NCBI GenBank assembly: GCA_963826115.1
Contig: CAWGVS010000004.1
Location: forward strand, 32,001 to 96,000
DNA length: 64,000 nt
Source of the DNA: an uncultured Candidatus Rokubacteria bacterium
GTDB taxonomy: Bacteria; Methylomirabilota; Methylomirabilia; Rokubacteriales; DASRDR01
Reading direction: 5' to 3'
The position numbers and the translations under genes are program-made. The notes beneath the pieces are model-generated. The model was not told the DNA's origin. It worked only from the letters and a program-made list of their open reading frames with translations, and did not search any database. Numbering within the stretch: position 1 is the first letter of the stretch; every line of letters begins with the position of its first letter. Of this stretch, positions 9,042-19,538 are shown piece by piece.

Positions 9042-9986
9042 GTGCCCATCTTCGTCCTTCGCCGCGTGGCGGCGATGCTCTTCGCCATGCTCTTCCTCAC
9101 CGCGCTGATCTTCTGGCTGATGCACGCGGTGCTGGGCGACCCGGTGGTGCTGATGCTGGGGCGCGACGCGGACCCGGCCACGGTGGCGCGCCTTCGCCAG
9201 GACCTCGGCTTCGACCGCCCCGCGCACGCGCAGTACCTCGACTGGCTGGGGCGGCTCGTGCGCGGCGACTGGGGCCGCTCCTTCCGCACGAGCCAGCCCG
9301 TCCTGGGCGTGATCGCCGCCCGGCTGCCGGTGACCCTCGAGCTGACGATGCTCGCGCTCGGGCTCGCCCTCGGGCTGGCCCTCGTGCTCGGCATCCTGGC
9401 CGCCGTCCGCCCGCACGGGCCGCTGGACCTCGGCGTCTCCGTGCTCACGGCGCTCGGGATCGCCATGCCGAACTTCTGGATCGCGATCCTGCTGATCCTG
9501 CTGTTCGCCCTCCACCTCCGCTGGCTGCCCTCCTCCGGCAGCGTGCCGCTGCTGGAGGACCCGCTCGGGAACCTGCGCGCCATGGCCCTGCCGGCGATCA
9601 CGCTCAGCGCCGCCTACTTCTCCAACCTGGCCCGCCTGACGCGGGCCCGGATGCTCGAGGCGCTCGGGAGCGACTACGTGCGAACGGCCCGCGCCAAGGG
9701 CGTGCAGGAGCGCCGCGTCCTGTGGGCGCACGCGCTGCGGAACTCGCTCCTGCCGGTCCTGAGCGTGCTCGGCGTCAGCCTCTCGCGCCTCTTCGGCGGC
9801 GCGGTCGTCACCGAGACCGTGTTCGCCCTGCCGGGCGTCGGCATCCTCCTCGTCGATTCCATCCTGAGCCGCGACTTCCCGGTCGTGCAGGGCGTGATCG
9901 TCGTCGTGACCATCGGCGTCTTCCTCACGAATCTTCTCGTCGAGCTGACCTACGGGCTGGTGGATCCCCGGGTGCGGCATGAGTAG
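9042..9986 (+). CDS. Peptide/nickel ABC transporter permease (DppB-like)
   Basis: LGFDRP..QYLDWL..GDWGRS, DYVRTARAKG (EAA loop), TETVFALPGVG, LVDPRVR. Confidence 0.93.
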   Translation: MPIFVLRRVAAMLFAMLFLTALIFWLMHAVLGDPVVLMLGRDADPATVARLRQDLGFDRPAHAQYLDWLGRLVRGDWGRSFRTSQPVLGVIAARLPVTLELTMLALGLALGLALVLGILAAVRPHGPLDLGVSVLTALGIAMPNFWIAILLILLFALHLRWLPSSGSVPLLEDPLGNLRAMALPAITLSAAYFSNLARLTRARMLEALGSDYVRTARAKGVQERRVLWAHALRNSLLPVLSVLGVSLSRLFGGAVVTETVFALPGVGILLVDSILSRDFPVVQGVIVVVTIGVFLTNLLVELTYGLVDPRVRHE

Positions 9987-10854
9987 GCGGACCGCGCTGG
10001 TCGCCGCGAGCGCCGCCGTCATCGGCGCCGCGCTCCTGTGCGCGGCGCTCGGCGCGCGGCTCGCGCCGTACGACGCCCTCCGCTACGACGTCCGCAACAC
10101 CCTCCGCGCCCCCAGCCGGGCGCACCTGCTCGGGACCGATCCCCTCGGCCGCGACGTGCTGAGCCAGCTGATCACCGGCGCGCGCGTCTCGATGGTGGCC
10201 GGCGTGGTCTCGGTGATCGTGGGCATGGCGGCCGGGACCGCGGTGGGCCTGGTGGCGGGGACCGCCCGCGGCCGCGCGGCCGGCCTCCTGATGCGCGCGA
10301 TGGACGCCCTCCTCGTCTTCCCGTCCCTCGTCCTGGCGCTGGCCATCACCGCCTTCCTCGGCGTGAGCCTGTGGAACGTGATCGTCGCGCTCGCGGTGAC
10401 GTTCCTCCCGACGTTCGCGATCCTGGTGCGCGGCGAGGTGCTGTCGCTGCGGGAGCGCGAGTTCGTCACCGCCGCCTGGGCGCTCGGATCCCGCCGGACC
10501 CGGGTCATGTGGCGGCATCTCCTACCGAACGTCGGCGACGTCCTGCTGGTCCAGGCCTCGTTCGGCCTCGGGACCGCGATCCTGACCGAGGCGAGCCTGA
10601 GCTTTCTCGGGCTCGGCGTGCCGCCGCCCACGCTCTCCTGGGGTCGGATGCTGAGGGAGGGCTACTCGTATCTCCTGCTCGCGCCGTGGATCTCGGTCGC
10701 GTCCGGCGCCGCGATCTTCGCCGTCGTCCTGGCGTTCCAGCTGCTGGCGGACGGCCTCCAGGACGTCTTCGCCCGGCGGGCCGGTGGCGCGCGGTCTCGC
10801 GGCGTGGGCGGCAGGGCGTATCCAGCCCCGGCCGCGGGCGGCCGGGCGACCTGA
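9979..10854 (+). CDS. Peptide/nickel ABC transporter permease (DppC-like)
   Basis: HLLGTDPLGRDVLS, EFVTAAWALG, EASLSFLGLGVPPPTLSWGRML. Confidence 0.92.
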   Translation: MSRRTALVAASAAVIGAALLCAALGARLAPYDALRYDVRNTLRAPSRAHLLGTDPLGRDVLSQLITGARVSMVAGVVSVIVGMAAGTAVGLVAGTARGRAAGLLMRAMDALLVFPSLVLALAITAFLGVSLWNVIVALAVTFLPTFAILVRGEVLSLREREFVTAAWALGSRRTRVMWRHLLPNVGDVLLVQASFGLGTAILTEASLSFLGLGVPPPTLSWGRMLREGYSYLLLAPWISVASGAAIFAVVLAFQLLADGLQDVFARRAGGARSRGVGGRAYPAPAAGGRAT

Positions 10855-10978
10855 CGGGTCAGCGGTCGGCGTAGACGCGCCGGCCCCCCTCGCGCCCGGG
10901 GGTACTCAGGCCCGGGTGGACCGGGTGTTCGACCTGCTCGGTCAGCCGATCGGGGTAGACGCCAAAGCCTGATCTCGA

Positions 10979-12316
10979 CTAGCGCCCGGGGAAGACCACC
11001 TTCAGGCAGTCGGCGAGGACGCCGAGCACGGTCTCGACCTCGCCCTCGTCGATGATGAGCGGGGGCTTGATCTTGATCACGTTCGGGAGCGCGGCCGCGG
11101 TCGCCAGGATGACGCCGCGCTTCCAGGCCTCGGCGACCAGTTGCTTGGCCTGGGCCGAGGCCGGCTCCCGCGTCTCCGGGTCCGTGACCAGCTCGACGCC
11201 CAGGAACAGGCCCGGCCCGCGGATGTCGCCGATCTGGGGATACTCGGCCTGCAAGGCCTTCAGGCCGCGGGTGAAGAGGGCCCCCATCTTCGCGGCGTGC
11301 TCGGGAATGCGGTCGCGCTCGAGGATCTCGATCACCTTGAGGGCCGCGGCCTGGGCGATGGGATTCGACCCGAACGTGTAGACGTCCTCGCCCGTCGCCT
11401 CGAACTGCTTGAGCCGATCGTCGGACACCACGGCCGCCAGGGGGAAGCCGCCGCCGATCGCCTTCGACAGCACCATGATGTCGGGCGTCACGCCGAGCCC
11501 CTCGGCGGCGAACATCCGGCCCGTCCGCCCGAAGCCGGTCTGGATCTCGTCGAAGATGAGAAGCGCGCCGAACTCGTCCGCGATCCGGCGCACCTCGCGC
11601 ACGAACGCCGCCGGGAAGACGACGCCCCCGCCGTTGCCCTGGATCGGCTCCATCATGATGGCGGCGACCGGGCCGTCCACCCCGCGCTGGAGCGTGTCGC
11701 GGATCGGGGCCGCGCAGCCGGCGTCGCACTGGCCGTCCAGCCCGTGCTGGGCGCGCCGCCAGCAGCGGTAGGAGTACGGGTTCGGCACCCGGACGAAGTT
11801 CTGCATGAACGGCATGAACTTCACGCCGGGGCCGTAGTGGCCGGCCGTCTTCGTCGGGCTCCACGAGGCCGCCATCGTCGCCAGCGTGTTGCCGTGGTAC
11901 GCGTGGTAGAAGGTCACGAACCGGTGCGCGGCCGGCCGGTTGATCATCGCGAGCTTCATCGCCGACTCGATGCCCAGAGAGCCGGTCGGGGCGTAGGTGA
12001 CGATGTTCAGCCGGCCCGGGCAGAGATCAGCCAGCCGCTTCGCGAGCTGGAGGCGCGGCAAGGTCGGGAAGCCCGCGCGCACGTGCGGCAACGACTGCAT
12101 CTGGGCGAGCGCGGCCTCCGTCACCTCGGGGTGGTTGTAGCCGAGCGCGAGCGTCCAGGCCTGCGCCGTGCAGTCGATGTACGACTTCCCGTCGATATCG
12201 GTGACGCGGGAGCCCTTGCCGGCGACCAGGACGGGGCCGAGCCAGGTGGCGCCGTAGCCCACGTGGCGCTGGAGCTCCGCGATCTGCTCGGGTGTGAACG
12301 ATCCCTGTTGCTGCAC
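10979..12316 (-). CDS. Class III (PLP) aminotransferase, GabT/ArgD-like
   Basis: DIDGKSYID, EPIQGNGG, LLIFDEIQTGFGRTG, PDIMVLSKAIGGG (PLP Lys), IGDIRGPGL. Confidence 0.92.
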   Translation of the reverse strand: MQQQGSFTPEQIAELQRHVGYGATWLGPVLVAGKGSRVTDIDGKSYIDCTAQAWTLALGYNHPEVTEAALAQMQSLPHVRAGFPTLPRLQLAKRLADLCPGRLNIVTYAPTGSLGIESAMKLAMINRPAAHRFVTFYHAYHGNTLATMAASWSPTKTAGHYGPGVKFMPFMQNFVRVPNPYSYRCWRRAQHGLDGQCDAGCAAPIRDTLQRGVDGPVAAIMMEPIQGNGGGVVFPAAFVREVRRIADEFGALLIFDEIQTGFGRTGRMFAAEGLGVTPDIMVLSKAIGGGFPLAAVVSDDRLKQFEATGEDVYTFGSNPIAQAAALKVIEILERDRIPEHAAKMGALFTRGLKALQAEYPQIGDIRGPGLFLGVELVTDPETREPASAQAKQLVAEAWKRGVILATAAALPNVIKIKPPLIIDEGEVETVLGVLADCLKVVFPGR

Positions 12317-12361
12317 GAGCGGCTCCTTCCGTATTGGGCCGTGTCGGGGTGAGGGGACGGC

Positions 12362-13141
12362 TCAGACGTACTCCATCCGGCCGCCGTGGATGTCGAGGAC
12401 GGCGCCGTTCACGAACGCGGCGCCGTCGGAGGCGAGGAAGACCACGGCCGCGGCGATCTCGCGCGGCTGACCGATCCGGCCGACCGGGATCTGCTTCGTG
12501 AGGGCGTCCAGGCGCTCCCGGGGAAGCGTGCTCCCGAGGCGCTCGGTGTCCACGTAGCCCGGCGAGATCGCGTTGACCGTGACGCCGTGGGGCCCGAGCT
12601 CGCGGGCGGCCGTGCGGGTGAGCGCGATCACCCCGGCCTTCGCCGCGCCGTAGTGGCCGAGCGTCGGCCGCCCGCCGATGCGCCCGTGGACCGACGAGGT
12701 GTTGACGATCCGTCCCCAGCGCTGGCGCACCATGTGGGGCGCCGCGTGCTTGAGGCACAGGAACGTCCCGGTGAGGTGGGAATCCACCATCAGGTGCCAG
12801 GTGCTCTCGTCGAGATCGAGGAGCGGCACGTTGAGCTGGGCGCCGAGCGCGCCGGCGTTGTTGACCAGGATGTCGAGGCGTCCCAGCGTCCGCACCACCT
12901 CGTCCACCGCGTGGCGGACCTCGTCGGAGCGGCGGACGTCCGCCCGCACGACGAGCGCGCGGCGTCCGGTGGCCCGGCAGCGGCGCGCCGTCTCCTCGGC
13001 GCCCGCGACGTCCGAGTGGCCGAGGATCGCCACGTCGGCGCCCGCCTCGGCGAGCCCGACCGCCTCCGCGCGCCCGATCCCCGCTGCCCCGCCGGTGACC
13101 AGCGCGACGCGCGGCTCGGTCCAGGTCGGACTGCCCGTCAC
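12362..13141 (-). CDS. Short-chain dehydrogenase/reductase (FabG-like)
   Basis: TGGAAGIG, LVNNAG, YGAAK (YxxxK), VNAISPG. Confidence 0.92.
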   Translation of the reverse strand: MTGSPTWTEPRVALVTGGAAGIGRAEAVGLAEAGADVAILGHSDVAGAEETARRCRATGRRALVVRADVRRSDEVRHAVDEVVRTLGRLDILVNNAGALGAQLNVPLLDLDESTWHLMVDSHLTGTFLCLKHAAPHMVRQRWGRIVNTSSVHGRIGGRPTLGHYGAAKAGVIALTRTAARELGPHGVTVNAISPGYVDTERLGSTLPRERLDALTKQIPVGRIGQPREIAAAVVFLASDGAAFVNGAVLDIHGGRMEYV

Positions 13142-13208
13142 GCGCGCCTCCTCGTCTCGATCGGTCGTCCCCCCGCCCGTCCGCGGGCGGGCCCGGCGAT
13201 GCCGTCGA

Positions 13209-14366
13209 TCATAGCCCGTCCGCGACCCGCGCGTCCGCGCCGATGTACTCGTAGGTCGCGCGGCCGGTCAACGAGACGAGGACCTCGAGCGCGGTCCGCC
13301 CCTGAGCCGCGGCCACCTCGGCGAGGGTCGGGCCCGCCGCGGGCTCCGCCGCGACGAGCCGCACCGGGTCGCCGACGCGGGCGCTCCCGACGTCGGTGAG
13401 CTCGACGACGGTGTGCTCGAGCGACACTGACAGCACTGGCGCGTCGCCGCCCGCCACGCGCACCCGCTGCCCCGGCTTCGGAACGAGGATCGAGTTCGAG
13501 TAGCCGATCGGGAGCGCGCCGAGGCGGGTGGCGCGGGTCGCGACCCGGGTGCCGCCGTAGCCGTACCGCGTTCCCGCCGCGACCTCCCGGATCGTCTCGA
13601 GCGCGGTCCGGACCTCGGTCAGCACCGGACGCGTCCCCAGCGGGGCGGAGACCCAGCCGGGCTCGATGCCGTACAGGAGCGAGCCGGGACAGACGGCGTT
13701 GGCCTCGGGCGCGGCCAGGCCGCAGGCGATCCCTCCACTCGCGAGGGCCTGCACGAGGAAGGGCCCGCGCGCGGCCGCGCGGATCTCGGCCGCGACGTGC
13801 CCGAAGGCGCGGAGCCGCTCCTCGACCCAGGCGGTGGCGTCACGCCCGCCGAAGGGGAGGTGGGTGAAGACGCCCGCGAGCCGGACCGCGGGGAGCGCCG
13901 TCCGGATGCGCGCCGCCACCCGCGCGGCGTCGTCGAGCGGAACGCCCACGCGGCCGAGCCCGCTGTCGACCTTCAGGAAGACCGAGGGGAGCCGCGACCG
14001 GGCCGCGCCCGCGAGCGTCTCCGCCTCCGTGTACGACTGGATGCCCACCGTGATTCCCGCATCCACCAAGGGCGCGGGATCGCCGCCGTCCCCGGTGGGG
14101 AAGAGGAGGATGTCGCAGGCGACGCCCCAGCCTCGGAGCGCGAGGGCATCATGCGGGCTCCCGAGCGAGAGCCACCGGACGCCCGCCGCCTCGAGGCCGC
14201 GGGCGACGGCGCGCACGCCGTGGCCGTAGGCGTTGGCCTTGACGCACGCGATCAGCTCGGTCTCGGGGCCGAGGCGCCGGCGGAGCAGCGCGAGGTTTTC
14301 GCGCAGCGCGTCCAGCGAGACGACCGCGCGGAGCGGCGTGGCGTGAAGGGTCTCGATCGCGCTCAT
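13209..14366 (-). CDS. alr: Alanine racemase family (fold-type III PLP) protein, divergent
   Basis: CVKANAYGHG (PLP Lys), LKVDSGLGRVG, GVFTH, GYG second-base Tyr; C-terminal motifs are divergent, so it may be a paralog. Confidence 0.8.
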   Translation of the reverse strand: MSAIETLHATPLRAVVSLDALRENLALLRRRLGPETELIACVKANAYGHGVRAVARGLEAAGVRWLSLGSPHDALALRGWGVACDILLFPTGDGGDPAPLVDAGITVGIQSYTEAETLAGAARSRLPSVFLKVDSGLGRVGVPLDDAARVAARIRTALPAVRLAGVFTHLPFGGRDATAWVEERLRAFGHVAAEIRAAARGPFLVQALASGGIACGLAAPEANAVCPGSLLYGIEPGWVSAPLGTRPVLTEVRTALETIREVAAGTRYGYGGTRVATRATRLGALPIGYSNSILVPKPGQRVRVAGGDAPVLSVSLEHTVVELTDVGSARVGDPVRLVAAEPAAGPTLAEVAAAQGRTALEVLVSLTGRATYEYIGADARVADGL

Positions 14367-14424
14367 GGCGTGAGGCCTCGATGCCGCTGACGCGGCCGCG
14401 GGCGGGTCATCGTCGTGACGCGCG

Positions 14425-15222
14425 TCAGGAGGCGGCGCCCGCGGGCGCGGTCAGGAGGCAGTCGTCGGCGAGCGGGGCGACCGGGGTGAAGTCCCGGTGG
14501 TGCTTGTAGTCCGGGCGCGCGAAGCGCGTCTGGGCGTTCGCGATCGGGTTCAGGATCAGGGAGAAGATCCGGCGGTCCCAGGGCGAGAGGTTCGGCGGCG
14601 AGCCGTGGACCAGGCAGTCGCCGAAGATGAGCGCGGTCCCCGCCACGCCCGACGCCGTCACCAGGCCGCCCGCCGCCGTCAGCCGGGCCACCGTCTCGTT
14701 GGCCACCGTCCAGAGCGCGTAGCTCGTGGTCACGGTGTCGAGCGCCGTCGGGGCGGGGCCGTCCCGGTGCGAGCCCCGGATGAAGACGAGCGGCCCGTTG
14801 TGCTCCGTGACGTCGTCGAGGAAGACGTGGAGGTTCAGCGCGAGCGGCTCGGGGACGCCGTCCTCGGCGTGGTGCGTCGCGAAGTCGTAGTGCCACTGCC
14901 AGGCCTCGCCCGTGAAGGCGACCTTGGCGTTGACCTTCGCCTGCTGGACGTAGAGCCGGTCGGTGCCGAGGATCTGGCGCGCCGGCTCGACGAACCGCGG
15001 GTGTCGGCAGAGGCGCGCGTAGGCGTCGCTGCGGAGGTGGAGCCCCATGAGGGTGCGGGCCTCGCCGCTCGCCTTCTCCCGGATGTTCGCGGGGGTGTCC
15101 TCGGCGAGGAGGCGCGGAAGCTCCGCGCGGAGGACGTCGACCTCCGCCGTCGAGAACAGCGCGGGCAGGATCAGGAACCCCTGCGCGTGGAACGCCTCGA
15201 GCTGGGCCGCCGTCAGCCGCAC
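14425..15222 (-). CDS. PhyH-family Fe(II)/2-oxoglutarate dioxygenase (ectoine/proline hydroxylase-like)
   Basis: KVNAK, WQWHYD (HxD), NGPLVFIRGSH, HGSPPNLSPWDR (distal His and Arg). Confidence 0.88.
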   Translation of the reverse strand: MRLTAAQLEAFHAQGFLILPALFSTAEVDVLRAELPRLLAEDTPANIREKASGEARTLMGLHLRSDAYARLCRHPRFVEPARQILGTDRLYVQQAKVNAKVAFTGEAWQWHYDFATHHAEDGVPEPLALNLHVFLDDVTEHNGPLVFIRGSHRDGPAPTALDTVTTSYALWTVANETVARLTAAGGLVTASGVAGTALIFGDCLVHGSPPNLSPWDRRIFSLILNPIANAQTRFARPDYKHHRDFTPVAPLADDCLLTAPAGAAS

Positions 15223-15255
15223 GCATCGAGGATAGTCGACGCGGCGCCCGGGCTG

Positions 15256-15963
15256 TCAAGGCGACCTCCCGTCCGTCGCGGCCACGCGGAAGCCGTAGTC
15301 CGAGTAGCGGAGATGGGGCGGCAGGCTCGAGCGGTGCGCCACCGGGCTCCACGGCGCGTGGTGGCGCCAGGCGCCGCCTCGCGACACGCGGCGCGTGCCC
15401 GCGGGCGGCCCCGTCGGGTTGCGGTCCGTCGCGCGCGCGTACGCGTCCGTGGCGTACCAGTCCCCGCACCACTCGTGCACGACGCCGGCGAGGTCGGTGA
15501 GCCCGAACCCGTTCGCCGGGCCGCGCCCGATGCGCGGGGGCGCGGGCAGGGCGCCCGTCGTCTCGCCGAACCAGCGGGCGGGCGGCTCGTCGCCCCACGG
15601 GTACCGCGCGTCCTCCCGGCCGCCCCGCGCCGCGCGCTCCCACTCCGCCTCGCTCGGCAGCCGATGCGCGCGCCCGCGCGTCTCGGTCAGCCACGCGCAG
15701 AACCGGACAGCCTCCTCCCAGGTCACGCCCACGACCGGCTGAGCGGGGTCCGAGAAGCGCGGGTCGGCCCAGAACGGCGGCGGCGGGGTCCCGCTCGCCG
15801 TCAGGAACGGGCCGTACTGGGCATTGGTGACCGGCGTGCCCGCCAGGTGGAACGCGTCGACCCACACCGGATGCGCGGGCCGCGCGTCGGGCAGGCCGTC
15901 GTCCCAGCCCATCCGGAACCATCCCGCCGGGATCGCCACGAGCTCCACGAGTGCGACCGTCAT
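15256..15963 (-). CDS. FGE-sulfatase/SUMF1-like domain protein without the catalytic Cys pair
   Basis: GWFRMG, PVTNAQY, PVVGVTWEEA, RLPSEAEWERAARGG, NGFGL, RGGAW, GFRVA. Confidence 0.88.
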   Translation of the reverse strand: MTVALVELVAIPAGWFRMGWDDGLPDARPAHPVWVDAFHLAGTPVTNAQYGPFLTASGTPPPPFWADPRFSDPAQPVVGVTWEEAVRFCAWLTETRGRAHRLPSEAEWERAARGGREDARYPWGDEPPARWFGETTGALPAPPRIGRGPANGFGLTDLAGVVHEWCGDWYATDAYARATDRNPTGPPAGTRRVSRGGAWRHHAPWSPVAHRSSLPPHLRYSDYGFRVAATDGRSP

Positions 15964-15997
15964 TCTACCGAGCGGGGCCGCCTGCTACCATGAGCGC

Positions 15998-17512
15998 GTG
16001 CGCATCGCGCCGCCGCCGGCCGATCCCATCCTGGTCGCGCTCGACGTGGGCTCGTCGTCGGTGCGGGCCCTCGCCTTCTCCCGGCTGGGCGAGCCGCTCG
16101 GGCTCGTCTGCCAGCGCCCGTACGAGCCGACCACGACGCCCGACGGGGGAGTGGAGGTCGACGCCGCGCGGCTCGTCGAGCTGACCGGCGAGGCGCTCGA
16201 CGGGCTCGTGGCCGCGCTGGGCCCGCGGATCGGCCGGGTGACCGCGGTGGCCACCTGCACCTTCTGGCACACCGTGCTCGGCCTCGGGCCCGACGACCGC
16301 CCGTCCACGCCCGTCTACTCCTGGGCGGACACGCGGAGCGCGGGTGCCGTCGAGGCGCTCCGCGCGAAGATCGACGAGAAGGCGTACCACGCGCGCGTGG
16401 GCTGCCGGCTGCACACGTCCTATCTCCCGGCGCGCCTCTGGTGGCTCCGCGAGCGTGACCCGGCCGCGTTCCGCGCGACGCGACGCTGGGTGTCGTTCGG
16501 GGAGTACCTGGGGCTCCGACTCTTCGGCGAGCTCCGCACGAGCGTCTCGATGGCGTCGGGGACCGGCCTGTTCGACCAGTGGGCGCGCCGCTGGGACCCC
16601 GGCATCCTGGAGGTCCTCGGCATCGCGCCCGAGCAGCTCGGGCCGATCGTCGACCTGGACCAGCCGTTCCGTGGCCTCCGGCCCGAGTTCGCCGCGCGCT
16701 GGCCCGGGTTCGCGACGGTGCCGTGGCTGCCGGCGCTCGGGGACGGGGCATGCTCGAACGTCGGGGCCGGCTGCACGACGGCCTCGCGGGCGGCCCTGAT
16801 GATCGGCACGTCGGGCGCGATGCGCGTCTGCTTCGAGGCCGATACGGTCACGATTCCCGACGGTCTCTGGTGCTATCGCGTGGACCGCCGGCGGCTCCTC
16901 CTCGGAGGCTCCCTGTCGAACGGCGGGAGTGTCTACGCCTGGCTGACCGACACGCTCGACGTGCCCCCGCCCAAGCGGCTCGAGAAGGCGCTCCAGGCGA
17001 TGGAGGCCGACGCCCACGGGCTGACGATGCTCCCGTTCTTGGCCGGGGAGCGGAGCCTCGGCTGGGTTGCAGCCGCCCGGGCGGCCGTCGTGGGACTGTC
17101 GCTCGCGACGCGGCCCCTCGACATCGTCCGCGCGGGGCTCGAGACCGTGGCGTATCGTTTCGCGATGATCCACGAGCGGCTCCGCGACGCGTGCCCCGGT
17201 CTCCGGGAGGTGGTCGGAACCGGAGGGGCGCTGCTCGCGTCGCCGGCCTGGATGGGCATCGTGGCCGACGTCCTCGGCGTCCCGCTCACGCCCTCGGCCG
17301 AGACCGAGGGGTCGAGCCGCGGCGCGGCCCTCCTCGCGAGCGAGGCGCTCGGCTTCATCCCGTCCCTCGACGCCGCCCCCGCGGGCGTCCAGCCAGCCGT
17401 CGCCGCGGACCCCGGTCGCCACGCCCGCTACCGCGCGGGGCTCGCCCGGCACCGCCAGCTCTACGACGTCCTGGTCCCGCACACCGACCCCGAGAGGAGA
17501 GCGGCCCCATGA
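15998..17512 (+). CDS. gntK: Gluconokinase, FGGY carbohydrate kinase family
   Basis: [52 protein letters not shown]; ATGA overlap with tkt. Confidence 0.85.
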   Translation: MRIAPPPADPILVALDVGSSSVRALAFSRLGEPLGLVCQRPYEPTTTPDGGVEVDAARLVELTGEALDGLVAALGPRIGRVTAVATCTFWHTVLGLGPDDRPSTPVYSWADTRSAGAVEALRAKIDEKAYHARVGCRLHTSYLPARLWWLRERDPAAFRATRRWVSFGEYLGLRLFGELRTSVSMASGTGLFDQWARRWDPGILEVLGIAPEQLGPIVDLDQPFRGLRPEFAARWPGFATVPWLPALGDGACSNVGAGCTTASRAALMIGTSGAMRVCFEADTVTIPDGLWCYRVDRRRLLLGGSLSNGGSVYAWLTDTLDVPPPKRLEKALQAMEADAHGLTMLPFLAGERSLGWVAAARAAVVGLSLATRPLDIVRAGLETVAYRFAMIHERLRDACPGLREVVGTGGALLASPAWMGIVADVLGVPLTPSAETEGSSRGAALLASEALGFIPSLDAAPAGVQPAVAADPGRHARYRAGLARHRQLYDVLVPHTDPERRAAP

Positions 17513-19515
17513 CGGATCGCGATCTCGACCAGCTCTGCGTCAACACGATCCGGTTCCTCGCGGTCGATGCCGTGCAGCAGGCCAAGTCCGGGCACCCCGG
17601 GCTCCCGATGGGCGCGGCCGCCATGGCGTACGTCCTCTGGACACGCTTCCTCCGTCACCATCCGGCGAACCCCGCGTGGCCCGACCGCGACCGCTTCGTC
17701 CTCTCCGCGGGCCATGGCTCGATGCTGCTCTACGCGCTCCTCCATCTCACCGGCTACGACCTCTCGCTGGACGAGATCAAGCGCTTCCGCCAGTGGGGCT
17801 CGAAGACGCCGGGTCACCCCGAGTTCGGGCTCACGCCCGGGGTCGAGGCCACCACGGGCCCGCTGGGCCAGGGCCTCGCGAACGCGGTCGGCATGGCCGT
17901 CGCGGAGCGGCACCTCGCGGCCCGCTTCAATCGCCCGGGTCACACGGTCGTGGACCACCACACCTACGTGATCTGCTCGGACGGCGACCTCATGGAAGGC
18001 GTGGCCGCGGAGGCGTCGTCGCTGGCGGGCCACCTGGGGCTCGGCAAGCTGATCGTCCTGTACGACGACAACCACGTGTCCCTCGCGGGAAAGGCGTCCC
18101 TCTCGTTCTCCGAGGACGTGCCCCGGCGATTCGACGCGCTCGGCTGGCACACACAGGCGGTCGCCGACGGGAACGACCTCGACGCGATCGACGCGGCCAT
18201 CCTGGCCGCGCGGGCCGAGCCCGCGCACCCGTCCCTGATCGCCGTGCGCACCATCATCGGCTACGGCGCGCCGAAGAAGGCGGGCACCCACGAGGCGCAC
18301 GGGGAGCCGCTCGGCGACGCGGAGGTGCGGGGCGCCAAGCAGGCGCTCGGGTGGCCCGTCGAGCCGCCGTTTCTCCTTCCGGAGCCCGCGGTGCGGCGGT
18401 TCCGCCAGGCGCTCGCGGATGGCGCGCGGGCCGAGGCCGACTGGCAGACGCGGCTCGACGGGTGGCAGCGCGCGTTCCCCGGCCTCGCCGCAGAGTGGCG
18501 CGACGGCCAGGCGCGGGCGCTCCCCGCCGGCTGGGACCAGGACGTCCCGCGCTTCCCGGCGGACACGCCGATGGCGACGCGCGACGCGAGCGGCGCGGTC
18601 CTGGCCGCGGTGTCGCCGCGCGTGCCGCATCTGATCGGCGGCGACGCGGACCTCGCGCCCTCGACGAAGACGCTGGTGAAGACCGCCGGCTCGTTCCTCT
18701 CCGCCTCGCCCGAGGGTCGCCACATCCACTTCGGCGTGCGGGAGCACGCCATGGGGTCCATCGCCAACGGCATCACGTACCACGGCGGGCTCCTCGTCTT
18801 CTGCGGCACGTTCTTCGTGTTCTCCGACTACATGCGCCCCGCGGTGCGGCTGGCCGCGCTCGCGGAGCTGCCCGTCGTCTACGTCTGGACCCATGACTCG
18901 ATCGGGGTGGGGGAGGACGGGCCGACGCACGAGCCGGTCGAGCATCTGGCGGCGCTCCGGGCGATGCCGAACCTGGTCGTGCTCCGTCCCGGGGACGCCG
19001 CCGAGACGGTCGAGGCCTGGCGGGTCGCGCTCGGACGCCGGCACGGTCCGACGGCGCTGGTTCTCACCCGCCAGAAGCTGCCGGTGCTCGACCGCGCGGT
19101 CTACGCGCCCGCCGCGGGCCTCCGGCGGGGCGCTTACGTGCTCGCGGACGCGCCGGGCGGAGTGCCGGAGCTCGTCCTGATCGGGACCGGCTCCGAGCTC
19201 CAGCTCGTGGTGGCCGCGCAGACCGCCCTCGCGAAGGACGGAATCCGCGCGCGGGTCGTGAGCATGCCCTCGTGGGAGCTCTTCTCCACCGAGCCGACCG
19301 AGTACCGGGAGACGGTCCTCCCGCGGACGATCGCGCGCCGCCTGGCCGTGGAGGCCGGGGCGACCTTCGGGTGGGAGCGCTGGGTCGGGAGCGCGGGCGC
19401 GGTCGTGGGCATCGACCGGTTCGGCGCGTCCGCGCCGGGCGACACCGTGATGCGGGAGCTGGGCTTCACGGTCGACCACGTCGTGAGCCGCGCCCGCGCG
19501 CTGCTCGGCCGCTGA
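17509..19515 (+). CDS. tkt: Transketolase
   Basis: [33 protein letters not shown] (TPP motif), [23 protein letters not shown]. Confidence 0.97.
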   Translation: MTDRDLDQLCVNTIRFLAVDAVQQAKSGHPGLPMGAAAMAYVLWTRFLRHHPANPAWPDRDRFVLSAGHGSMLLYALLHLTGYDLSLDEIKRFRQWGSKTPGHPEFGLTPGVEATTGPLGQGLANAVGMAVAERHLAARFNRPGHTVVDHHTYVICSDGDLMEGVAAEASSLAGHLGLGKLIVLYDDNHVSLAGKASLSFSEDVPRRFDALGWHTQAVADGNDLDAIDAAILAARAEPAHPSLIAVRTIIGYGAPKKAGTHEAHGEPLGDAEVRGAKQALGWPVEPPFLLPEPAVRRFRQALADGARAEADWQTRLDGWQRAFPGLAAEWRDGQARALPAGWDQDVPRFPADTPMATRDASGAVLAAVSPRVPHLIGGDADLAPSTKTLVKTAGSFLSASPEGRHIHFGVREHAMGSIANGITYHGGLLVFCGTFFVFSDYMRPAVRLAALAELPVVYVWTHDSIGVGEDGPTHEPVEHLAALRAMPNLVVLRPGDAAETVEAWRVALGRRHGPTALVLTRQKLPVLDRAVYAPAAGLRRGAYVLADAPGGVPELVLIGTGSELQLVVAAQTALAKDGIRARVVSMPSWELFSTEPTEYRETVLPRTIARRLAVEAGATFGWERWVGSAGAVVGIDRFGASAPGDTVMRELGFTVDHVVSRARALLGR

Positions 19516-19538
19516 CCCGCGCCCGGCGGCGCGCCCGC

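Noticed and set aside
10784-10972. 62-aa ORF ending VDRVFDLLGQPI, faintly like a UbiX C-terminus
   Set aside because: The similarity is too short, and the ORF overlaps the dppC end with no RBS.
15256-15963. True formylglycine-generating enzyme or sulfatase maturation system
   Set aside because: Lacks the catalytic Cys pair after RGG, and there is no sulfatase nearby.
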